64,000 nucleotides of DNA from a virus: positions 1 to 64,000 of IMG/VR virus record IMGVR_UViG_3300007735_000786; one strand, written 5' to 3'. A program made the translations under genes and the position numbers. Positions 25,253-33,528 of the stretch are shown in pieces; positions within the stretch are counted from its first letter, which is position 1, and each line of letters starts with the position of its first letter. The notes under the pieces are model-generated. The model searched no databases, had not been told where the DNA came from, and saw only the letters and a program-made list of their open reading frames with translations.

Positions 25253-26200
25253 ATGGCACGCACTTCTGTTGTAGCTCAAGATCGTCGTAGTTTAAACAAT
25301 CCATTAAACCTTGGCACCTTTTCTTCTACTTCTTTACGTTATCTAAAAGGTTCTTTAGGTCCTAAGAATAGACTTGTTGGTTACGCTGATACCAACCAAC
25401 TTTCTAACGGTGGTTTTGGTGGAGGTGCTTATACTAACTGGTTTTCAATTACAATTACTAATCCCGCTTGGATTATTATTGCTAAAGGTAATCCTCGACC
25501 ACAGTACATTCAAACATCAACGTATGATTTAAATAGAAATCCAATTCAAGGAGAAGCAATTTTTGATGCTGATTCAGTTACTGACGGTTTCAAAACAAAC
25601 GGAGAAGTATATATTCCATATTTAGACACTATGATGAGTGCTCAGTCAGATTTATATAACACATTTGCAAAGGCACGTTTAGATCGAGGAGATGAACGTT
25701 ATTATCCACTGGAAGTAGGTAGTTATTTAATATGTATCTCAACAACACGTAATGAACCACTTGATTATGAAGTAGGCATTGTTGTTGAGTTTCCTGTTAC
25801 AGAAATGTTTATTTCTGTTGAAGATACAGATGAGATTGTATTTTTTCTTCAGGAAACATCAATAGATTATTCTCGAACAATTAATATTGATTCTCCAATT
25901 ATTACTGATACAACTATATCTTCTGATGTAGATAGACCTAATGGTTTTACTGAGACTGAGTGTACAATAAATGCAACTTTTACTGTGACTGTATTATTAA
26001 ATTCTACTTGGTTTATTGGTGAGCCAATACCTTCTTCTCAAGAGGATGATTTTAAAGTTATCATAGAGCCAGGGGGAGAATCTTCTTTTGCTGGTTTTCA
26101 TGATCATTCTTTAACTGAATGGAGAAACGCGTGGGAAAGTCAACATCAAAATACAGATGTGTTTCCTGAATTATTTGCTTCTTTAACAAACAGACTATGA
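25253..26200 (+). CDS. hypothetical protein (possibly virion)
   Basis: 315-aa ORF. Confidence 0.7.
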   Translation: MARTSVVAQDRRSLNNPLNLGTFSSTSLRYLKGSLGPKNRLVGYADTNQLSNGGFGGGAYTNWFSITITNPAWIIIAKGNPRPQYIQTSTYDLNRNPIQGEAIFDADSVTDGFKTNGEVYIPYLDTMMSAQSDLYNTFAKARLDRGDERYYPLEVGSYLICISTTRNEPLDYEVGIVVEFPVTEMFISVEDTDEIVFFLQETSIDYSRTINIDSPIITDTTISSDVDRPNGFTETECTINATFTVTVLLNSTWFIGEPIPSSQEDDFKVIIEPGGESSFAGFHDHSLTEWRNAWESQHQNTDVFPELFASLTNRL

Positions 26201-26619
26201 CTTCAAGAAAAAAGAAAACAAAAACAGTTGTATTACCAGACGGTCAATTACTTAAGATGCGTTTGCTTCCTTGGATACGTACAGAGAAAGGTTGTGTATG
26301 GCTCGCAAGCTTAGCTATTGGTCGTTCCAAACGGCAGATAAATGACTGGATGGATCGTAGAAAAAAGAAATCAGTAGCTAAATTAGATAAAAGTTTAAAT
26401 GGTACCCTTGGTCCTGGGACGCAAGCAGTTGCCATACGTCAAATACGTCAGTGGGTAGATGAACTGCCAAAGGGAGAATCAATTACTTTACGTTGTGAGT
26501 CAACTGTTCCTGATAAACAGTTTCGTGTGTGGAAGAAATGGTTTACAAAACATGAAGATATGAGGTGGGAAATATCAGAAGAACACAAATCTTTTTTCTT
26601 TTACAAATCAATACTGTAA
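26197..26619 (+). CDS. hypothetical protein
   Basis: 140-aa ORF, ATGA overlap. Confidence 0.7.
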   Translation: MTSRKKKTKTVVLPDGQLLKMRLLPWIRTEKGCVWLASLAIGRSKRQINDWMDRRKKKSVAKLDKSLNGTLGPGTQAVAIRQIRQWVDELPKGESITLRCESTVPDKQFRVWKKWFTKHEDMRWEISEEHKSFFFYKSIL

Positions 26620-26643
26620 AATAAAAGTAATTAAATAAATCTC

Positions 26644-26805
26644 ATGAACCTTTCCAAGTATCTCGAAGTAGCTCTTGCTATCCATGCAACAGCTAGTGTT
26701 ATCACAGCTTTGACTCCAACACCAAAAGATGACGGCTTTGTTCGCCAGCTTTACAAGGTAATTGAAATCTTAGCCTTAGTTGTAGGTAAAGCTAAACAAC
26801 GCTGA
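26644..26805 (+). CDS. small membrane protein, holin-like (53 aa)
   Basis: Hydrophobic segments with ALTPTPKDD motif, convergent with the endolysin. Confidence 0.6.
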   Translation: MNLSKYLEVALAIHATASVITALTPTPKDDGFVRQLYKVIEILALVVGKAKQR

Positions 26806-26807
26806 GT

Positions 26808-27899
26808 TTAGGTAAGAACACACCAACCGGAACCTGGCCCTTCGACTAGCCATCTAGGGTTAAAATTTTTGTAACTATACTTGCGTTTAGCACCATTGGT
26901 ACTTATATATTCACCAGACAATAAATCTATTTCGCCCCAAGGGTCATTGACAATATAACCAGTGTCGTCGTAACCAATAATACAAAGCCAATGCCCACCT
27001 CCTCGTGGTGCATTTACAGGTCCATGGTGCAGAAAACCAACAGGAACAGGTTTGTTATTGTTAATTTGTTTTTTAATTAACTCAACTGTACCTTTAACAC
27101 TAAAGCGTGCTTCTACGTCATACTTAAATAGAGCTTTAATTTGCGCCGTGCTATCAGTGCTATCACCATACATAAACACAGTTTTAATATAATCATCATC
27201 ACTTGTTATTGCTTTGGGTTTTAGATATTTCAACATCATGGCACAACTAGAACTAAAACATGTTCTACCTGCGTCTCTATAGTTATCCCTTTGACTCATA
27301 TAAAGAACAGGCAGGGGATTTACTTTTGGTACATCACCTCCTGGTGCTTCAATTTTTTGATCCATAATCTGAATCAATTTTGTAGGGTATCCAGGGTCTG
27401 TTGCGTAGCCTTGTTCTTTAAGCTGTTCTGCTGCTGCATTGCGATTTGGTGCGTTGTTAACACCTTGGTATCCTTCGTAATCTTTGTACCATCGGTCAAC
27501 GAGATAGGAAACACAAGTGCGTAAGTCAGGAAAATCAAGGAACCCATCAGTAATTGTGATCCAGTTGCCGTTAATAAATTCCTGCGTAGGTTGATTAGTT
27601 CCTGATCCTTTAAGTCCAAAGTAATTGTTCTTACCCGAGACATGTTTTCCCCAATTTGATTCTAGTGCCCATTGTGCTGCTACTAATTCTGGATATTTAG
27701 CACCAGAAACTTTAGCTACTGCTATAACACGATCCCAATCATTGGTATAAGTGTCTTGAGCAGGAGCATTAGTACGGTACTTAACAAAAAATTCTTTTAG
27801 TTTATCGGCTGGAATGGTAGTCTCCAGCCAATTAAAAGCATCTGTTTGTTCTTTAAGTCCTTTATAGAACTTAGCTGCATCGATAAGCTTGTCTGCCAT
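26808..27899 (-). CDS. endolysin: GH73 glucosaminidase plus C39-like peptidase
   Basis: AQWALES.WG, NNYFGLKG, GYATDP.Y; Q.DN...TC..SSCAM, GHW....GYD, NDPWG. Confidence 0.88.
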   Translation of the reverse strand: MADKLIDAAKFYKGLKEQTDAFNWLETTIPADKLKEFFVKYRTNAPAQDTYTNDWDRVIAVAKVSGAKYPELVAAQWALESNWGKHVSGKNNYFGLKGSGTNQPTQEFINGNWITITDGFLDFPDLRTCVSYLVDRWYKDYEGYQGVNNAPNRNAAAEQLKEQGYATDPGYPTKLIQIMDQKIEAPGGDVPKVNPLPVLYMSQRDNYRDAGRTCFSSSCAMMLKYLKPKAITSDDDYIKTVFMYGDSTDSTAQIKALFKYDVEARFSVKGTVELIKKQINNNKPVPVGFLHHGPVNAPRGGGHWLCIIGYDDTGYIVNDPWGEIDLLSGEYISTNGAKRKYSYKNFNPRWLVEGPGSGWCVLT

Positions 27900-27906
27900 G
27901 ATTTAA

Positions 27907-28086
27907 TCAATCAGTAACATTAGTTTCATTTGCTTCAACAGGATCTACTTCTGGAGCAAACTCAAGAGTTTCTACTAGTTGACCAATAAGATTAACAGCA
28001 AAACCAATCAGGTTATGATCTCCGGTGGCACGAGCAGAACCAAAGGAATTGATGGCACTAACCAACTCAGATTTTTTGCAAGCCAT
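27907..28086 (-). CDS. hypothetical protein (59 aa)
   Basis: MACKKSELVSAINSFGSARATGD...; fills the gap. Confidence 0.6.
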   Translation of the reverse strand: MACKKSELVSAINSFGSARATGDHNLIGFAVNLIGQLVETLEFAPEVDPVEANETNVTD

Positions 28087-28119
28087 GATGTGTAGGTAAC
28101 TGTTTAAAATATAGCAGAA

Positions 28120-28446
28120 TTAGTTGTTCCAGGGTATCCCCTGTGCGTTTGTTGGATGTAGTTTTTGTTCAATTTGAGTCTCTAATGCTGTGGCAATACT
28201 CGCAACTTGTTCCTCTCCTAAGGCATCTTTTACCCAACCAATTACTTGTTCTTTGGTTAATTGGTCATATGGCGTAAAATTAGTAGGGTCTGGATCGCTA
28301 AACCCAACGCTGCCATAAGCACCCGCACTTTCACCTTGGTCTTGTAAATTTACTGTCCAGTGTGCGGTGTATACGGCACCATCGCTTAGATGACGTTCGA
28401 GTTGAGCAATATTCCATTCAGATGTAGCAGGAGTAACGTCAGTCAT
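28120..28446 (-). CDS. tail fibre-associated hypothetical protein
   Basis: W.I..LER...DG.V...HW, F.PY..LT.EQV.GWV, G.PW terminus. Confidence 0.7.
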   Translation of the reverse strand: MTDVTPATSEWNIAQLERHLSDGAVYTAHWTVNLQDQGESAGAYGSVGFSDPDPTNFTPYDQLTKEQVIGWVKDALGEEQVASIATALETQIEQKLHPTNAQGIPWNN

Positions 28447-28477
28447 AAAACTCTTTTTTCTTATTATAGATCAATTT

Positions 28478-29332
28478 TCATAACTCTGGCATCTCATATT
28501 CTTTTGTGCTGTTGCAATAGTGTTTAAATATAATCTCACTTGTATTTCCAGCCCATGATGCTACTTGTGGTACAGGAATACCGGCCTCTATCCAACAACT
28601 GATTGCAGTATGGCGACAATCATAGGGGCGATATAGGTGGGAGATTAATCCTGTGTCATGTAAAGGTTTTAATTTTTTACGAAAGTAACTTTGAAAAGCT
28701 ACTCGATCCCAAGGAAAAATAAAATCATTTTCCTTTGGTACTTTTTCAAGAAGCTCTTGGCATTTGTTATTGAGTGGAACCCAGCGTTTCTTGTTGGTTT
28801 TAGTACTGTTCTTTAAACCGTGCGTAAGGGTGTAGTTTTGATGCACAAGAATTTTATTTTCTTTAATGTCATCCCAGCGTAAAGCTCGAACTTCTCCTGT
28901 GCGCATCGCTGTTTGAAGCATAAATTCTGTGTACCAAGACCAATTAACATTTCTATATGTACGCTTTGCCGCTAATGCGGCTAACACTATACCTATTTCA
29001 TTTCTAGGAATAACAATAATTTCTTCATCCTTCTGTGGTGCTTTAGGCATTTTAAAGCTAGCCAAGGGATTTTTATCCATATGTCCTACATCTTCTTGTG
29101 CTGCCCATTTGTACATTGTTTTTGCGTACATTGCTACACGTCTAGAAGCAAGCACAGGCTTTTCTCCCAGTATCCAGATCATGACCTTCCGTGCTTCGCT
29201 AATGTCTTGTACTGGACAACGAGATAACCATTTTGTGGTTTGCCTGTAATCTGATGTAAGGCTAGTGGGGCACAAAGAAATTGAACGTTCCTCCAAGAAA
29301 GCATTCCATAATTCTTTAAGCTCTAGTGCCAT
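28478..29332 (-). CDS. tyrosine recombinase (integrase family)
   Basis: TAMRTGE..AL.W.D, TKT, PYDCRHT, AGN, KHY. Confidence 0.9.
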   Translation of the reverse strand: MALELKELWNAFLEERSISLCPTSLTSDYRQTTKWLSRCPVQDISEARKVMIWILGEKPVLASRRVAMYAKTMYKWAAQEDVGHMDKNPLASFKMPKAPQKDEEIIVIPRNEIGIVLAALAAKRTYRNVNWSWYTEFMLQTAMRTGEVRALRWDDIKENKILVHQNYTLTHGLKNSTKTNKKRWVPLNNKCQELLEKVPKENDFIFPWDRVAFQSYFRKKLKPLHDTGLISHLYRPYDCRHTAISCWIEAGIPVPQVASWAGNTSEIIFKHYCNSTKEYEMPEL

Positions 29333-29355
29333 GGGATTGAGTGGTGTAAAGGGTT

Positions 29356-29384
29356 ACACTACTCTGCTTCAACCTGCTTGTCAA
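29356..29384 (-). promoter_or_regulatory. sigma70-type promoter for the recombinase
   Basis: TTGACA-N17-TAGTGT, 23 nt upstream of the ATG. Confidence 0.55.
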
Positions 29385-29523
29385 TCTCCTCAGCGTCTGG
29401 TGGAATTGTGTTCACAACGTATTGGGCAATAACTCGGTAACAGCCTAATGCTTCTTCCGTGTCCATTCCACCGTTAATTAGATCAACAGCAGCTTGCAGG
29501 ACGTCGTTTTGTTGTGGTGTCAT
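29359..29523 (-). CDS. hypothetical protein (54 aa)
   Basis: AAGGA SD, MTPQQNDVLQAAVDLING... Confidence 0.55.
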   Translation of the reverse strand: MTPQQNDVLQAAVDLINGGMDTEEALGCYRVIAQYVVNTIPPDAEEIDKQVEAE

Positions 29524-29578
29524 TTAATGTTCCTTTTCGGGAAGAAAATCGGAATTTATCCGTTTATAGGTGTAAAAT

Positions 29579-29854
29579 TTACCGTTCGGTAATACTATGG
29601 TTGCCATCGTCAAAAGAAAATAGTGTTTTTTGAGCAAGAAGCTTTTTAGCTTCTTTGAATACCAACTCTAGCTCATCAGCGTCGATGCGTACGCAGTGTT
29701 CAGAGTCATCGCCTAATTCACAAATCTTTACATATCCTCCTGCACCTTCGTCGTCAACAGAGACTTGTAAAGCACCACGTCCATAAACAGGGTTACTGTC
29801 TGGTCGATGTATGGCTACTGTAAGAATAGTTGCTACTGGAGCAGGGTCAGTCAT
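29579..29854 (-). CDS. hypothetical protein
   Basis: NP..G.....V.VDDEGAG motif. Confidence 0.7.
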   Translation of the reverse strand: MTDPAPVATILTVAIHRPDSNPVYGRGALQVSVDDEGAGGYVKICELGDDSEHCVRIDADELELVFKEAKKLLAQKTLFSFDDGNHSITER

Positions 29855-29883
29855 TGTTAAAAAGAATGTGTGCTTATCCTACC

Positions 29884-30231
29884 TTACGTTAGATTGGGTA
29901 CAAAAAATGTAAACCAAGTTCTTATGGCATCGCCTGTAGCTGTACCCGGTGCTGCACGTATTGCTTTTAATAATTGTTTAGGGTTAGTAAACAAGTGTGA
30001 GCCAGTGTCCTGGTACAACGTAAACCACACACCTTCGGTATTATGTGTGCCAGGGGGAACGTTTGCAAACACTCGAAAGCTGCCACCGTCAAATGTACGA
30101 CTTACTCCAGCAGTAGGTGGTACCACACCACAGGCTTTGAGTACGGATGCCTTGAGTACCGACTCAGGAATAACAGCTAGTTGGCGCCAGGAGGGTTGGA
30201 TTCCTGTAGCTGGGGTGTCATCAATAGACAT
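29884..30231 (-). CDS. hypothetical protein
   Basis: ORF in - strand array. Confidence 0.55.
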   Translation of the reverse strand: MSIDDTPATGIQPSWRQLAVIPESVLKASVLKACGVVPPTAGVSRTFDGGSFRVFANVPPGTHNTEGVWFTLYQDTGSHLFTNPKQLLKAIRAAPGTATGDAIRTWFTFFVPNLT

Positions 30232-30362
30232 TCCGGAATTTCCAGAGAGTTGCAATGTGCAGTATATGCACAAGCTGGAAGCTCGTTGTCGCCAACATCA
30301 TCCTGATTGCTCAGGTCAAGACTTGCTTCGCAGTATTCGTCCCAAGGGGTAGTATCAGACAT
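30177..30362 (-). CDS. hypothetical protein
   Basis: ORF in - strand array. Confidence 0.45.
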   Translation of the reverse strand: MSDTTPWDEYCEASLDLSNQDDVGDNELPACAYTAHCNSLEIPECLLMTPQLQESNPPGAN

Positions 30363-30376
30363 AGTAGTGTCAAAGT

Positions 30377-30682
30377 CTAGTTGGCTTCAGCAGTGTAGAT
30401 TTTCCAGGTGGGACGGCAACGCCCACGAGCTTGATCAAAATAGCCGTCTTTTGTCCAATTTTTCAAACGTGCTGCTTTTAGTGCATCAAGATAAGGTTTA
30501 GCTTCTGCTTTAGTTTTAAATTTTTTTGGCGGGGTTGCCGTACTAAACTTCTGGATATCTTCTGAATCAAGAGGTAATGCCGTTGTCCAAGAGTCTGCAA
30601 TAGAAGTGGTTGTTTCTGTGACGTAATGAACCCATCCTGGTTCATATGCGTAGTCACGGATCTCGTACAGTTGGGTAGTCAT
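30377..30682 (-). CDS. hypothetical protein
   Basis: ORF in - strand array. Confidence 0.6.
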   Translation of the reverse strand: MTTQLYEIRDYAYEPGWVHYVTETTTSIADSWTTALPLDSEDIQKFSTATPPKKFKTKAEAKPYLDALKAARLKNWTKDGYFDQARGRCRPTWKIYTAEAN

Positions 30683-30814
30683 GATCTCTAGGGGATTGTG
30701 GCCGTGGGCAGGAGGTTGTACTCGCTGCCCTACCACATTACACGGCGCCAGACCATTTTCGTGATGTCAGGAAAATGGTTCAGCTAGGCACAGTAAAGAA
30801 GGGGGAGACTGGGC

Positions 30815-31297
30815 TTAGCTTCGTGCAAACTCGCCGTGCAATTCTTCGCGCAACTTGTCAAGAGCGACGATAGCTTCCTCCTTGTTATCAAAAGAGCCAG
30901 CGGAATGCCGCTTGTAATCCAGAATAACGCAGGTGTACCACTTGTTCTTTTTCCATGTGACGCCCTTTACGCCCGACTTGCTGTCAAACCGCACACGGCG
31001 GTTCATGCAGTTCTGGGAATGAGTGGCTGCTCGCAGGTTTTCAATGCGGTTGTCCAACACCTCGCCGTTGATGTGATCAACAAACGGGACAGGATCATTG
31101 CCGTGCATGACCCAGACCAAGCGATGAACGGCGTAAAGCTTGTAGTTGATCTTGATGCGGCGGTAACCGTCACGATTGACTGAGCCCGCTGGCATCCCGA
31201 TGCGCCGTCCATTGCCGCTGACTCTCCACAACAGTTCGCCATCCCGATACTCAAAGAGTTCGTGGAGAAGGTCTGCTGGTAGTTCGTTGGTTTTCAT
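30815..31297 (-). CDS. HNH endonuclease with AP2-like C-terminal domain
   Basis: VHRLVW..H, VDHING...DNRIENLR.AT..QN..N, SGVKGV, LHGEFA. Confidence 0.9.
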   Translation of the reverse strand: MKTNELPADLLHELFEYRDGELLWRVSGNGRRIGMPAGSVNRDGYRRIKINYKLYAVHRLVWVMHGNDPVPFVDHINGEVLDNRIENLRAATHSQNCMNRRVRFDSKSGVKGVTWKKNKWYTCVILDYKRHSAGSFDNKEEAIVALDKLREELHGEFARS

Positions 31298-31299
31298 GG

Positions 31300-33489
31300 C
31301 TACGCGCTCTCAAGAGCAGCAACTTTGGCCTCAAGGGTTTCGATGCGCTCCATTGCTTCCTGCAGCGCCTTGACTGCCTTCATGTAAAGCACCGAGTAGT
31401 TGACGCTCTTGGTGACGGTGCCAAGGTCGTTACCTTCAGTGTCGCGGTCAGGTGATTCATTAACTAAACCAGGGGACACAAGTTCGACTTCTTGTGCGAC
31501 AAGACCGATTTGGGTGTGGGTGTTGTAACCAGTTTCTTCTTTAAAGTTGTATCTGCGAACTTGCAGAGCTTTAATGTCAACCCACTGAGAAGAAGCATCA
31601 ACAATGTTTTCTTTTAACTTTTGGTCAGAAATTGCTCCATAGGAGTTGTTTGTGTTCTTTAAGTCGCCGTCACCTTCAATGTACGCCTCACCAGCGTTGC
31701 CGCCAATAATTGCAGTTTGCGAATTATTGCCAACGTTTCTATAACACTCAAGTAAGCCTTGGCTACCTGTTCTGTTAATTGAAAAACCAAACGAAGCGGC
31801 ACCTGGAGCAGATGTCGTGCCGGTGGAAATTCGACCATCATTATGAATCCTCATCCGCTCCACCGGACCCGTAACTGGACTTTGATTATCCGGCGTAGTG
31901 GAGAACACTAAACGCCCCGGCATGTCATTAGCGCCGGGGGTGCCGTCTACTTGTGCTGAGATTGCGGCTGCAGCTACAAATTCAGTGCCATCTGATCCTT
32001 GGAAACTGATTTCGCCAACTTCATCTTGACTTTGGACAGCTGTAATTCCGCCGATAGAATTGGAGCGATGTTTTGCAAAAATTGTAACGGGACCATTTGT
32101 ATTGCTTGCACCATAGATCTGCGCCGTCATCCGTTGGTCCGTATTATTGGCACCTTCTGCTTGAACCAAGGCGGAAATAGTAGTGTTAAAGAAAGTGGCA
32201 CGCGCACTAGACGTGCCCACTAAGAGCCTGCCGGAGCTGTCGATGCGGGCGCGTTCGGTATCTGACGTATAAAAAGTAATAGGAAGAAAAGAGCCTGATC
32301 CAGTCTTGCTGGAACTCAAACGTACATCCGTAGTTCCAATTACCGCTAAGTCAAAAGCTTGATAATCACTTGCGTTTGGATCGGAATTATTAATACCATT
32401 AATTGCGGCAATGTTTCCCGTGCCGTTTGGGTACAGGAAGAATCGAGTATTACCGTTTGTTGTTGAGTTTTGAATTGCAAATCTTGAGCTTTGCGTTCCA
32501 CTCATGTTTGCTAGCAAACGAGGAATTGATCCGCTAATTTGTATATTTCCGTTTACATCCAATGCCTGCGCAGGGCTCGTAGTGCCAATCCCTACGTTGC
32601 CTCCCCTTGGTTGCAAATGCAGACCATACGGAGCCGCTAGGTTATTATCCGATGCTTGTATATATGCACCATAATTACCAGTGGCTGTGTGCAGTCCAAT
32701 GTTGACCTCGTTGCTAAGGGATTGATCTTTTAACTGCAGTAGTGAATTTGCAGTTGTGCCACTTGATGGAGGCTCAGCGGCAGTTCCTGTAACTGAGAGT
32801 TTAACTTCAGGCGAACTAGTCCCTATGCCTACAAGCCCTTCCGTGCTGATTGTCATCCGCTCAGCTTGCGCTCCACTTGAGTTAGCGCCTTGCGTATAGA
32901 ACTTCAGACCGCCGTAGTTACCGCCAGCGCGGCAAGCTCTGATCTCAGAAAACGGACTACTGAAATTAAATACAAGACCATTAACGGCGTAAGAAGAGAC
33001 TCCTCCGCTAAATACACCACCACCGGGAGTAACAATTCCGTATGAGTCAATTAGGAGCCGCTGAGACCCACCAGTGCTGATGGCTAATTGGTCTGCGCCG
33101 GGGCTGTAGATGCCGGTATTTGAGTCCGATAGTATCGCTAAGGATGGAAGTGCGGCTGTACCACTAGCAATAATGCCAGATGTGATGGTGGCAGTAGTTC
33201 CCGTCAAGGAAGTAAAGTTACCGGTTGTAGTAGAGACCGTAGTACCTGTTATTGTTACGCCTGAAATCTGTGTAGTAAATACACCTGATGCAAAGTTTGC
33301 AGTTGTACCAGTTACAGTAAGACCTGAAACAGTTGTGCCACCTCGGATAATATTGCCTGATATGGTACCAGTAACAGTAATATTTCCTGTGAAGGTTGGA
33401 TTCTGTACTAAGCCGGAGACAGGAACACTTTTATCTACACCACCATCAGTAAAGGTGATTGTATCAATTTTGATAGTACCGTAAGGCAT
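31300..33489 (-). CDS. tail fibre with C-terminal peptidase S74 intramolecular chaperone
   Basis: GNVGIGT.SP/ERMRI repeats; SDQKLKENI, GLVAQEVE, coiled-coil end. Confidence 0.88.
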   Translation of the reverse strand: MPYGTIKIDTITFTDGGVDKSVPVSGLVQNPTFTGNITVTGTISGNIIRGGTTVSGLTVTGTTANFASGVFTTQISGVTITGTTVSTTTGNFTSLTGTTATITSGIIASGTAALPSLAILSDSNTGIYSPGADQLAISTGGSQRLLIDSYGIVTPGGGVFSGGVSSYAVNGLVFNFSSPFSEIRACRAGGNYGGLKFYTQGANSSGAQAERMTISTEGLVGIGTSSPEVKLSVTGTAAEPPSSGTTANSLLQLKDQSLSNEVNIGLHTATGNYGAYIQASDNNLAAPYGLHLQPRGGNVGIGTTSPAQALDVNGNIQISGSIPRLLANMSGTQSSRFAIQNSTTNGNTRFFLYPNGTGNIAAINGINNSDPNASDYQAFDLAVIGTTDVRLSSSKTGSGSFLPITFYTSDTERARIDSSGRLLVGTSSARATFFNTTISALVQAEGANNTDQRMTAQIYGASNTNGPVTIFAKHRSNSIGGITAVQSQDEVGEISFQGSDGTEFVAAAAISAQVDGTPGANDMPGRLVFSTTPDNQSPVTGPVERMRIHNDGRISTGTTSAPGAASFGFSINRTGSQGLLECYRNVGNNSQTAIIGGNAGEAYIEGDGDLKNTNNSYGAISDQKLKENIVDASSQWVDIKALQVRRYNFKEETGYNTHTQIGLVAQEVELVSPGLVNESPDRDTEGNDLGTVTKSVNYSVLYMKAVKALQEAMERIETLEAKVAALESA

Positions 33490-33528
33490 TGTTTTGTTAG
33501 TCGGTTTTTCTTATTTTAACCGGAAAAC

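Noticed and set aside
31300-33489. Diversity-generating retroelement or shufflon acting on the tail fibre
   Set aside because: No reverse transcriptase, no template/variable repeat pair and no inverted alternative tips seen
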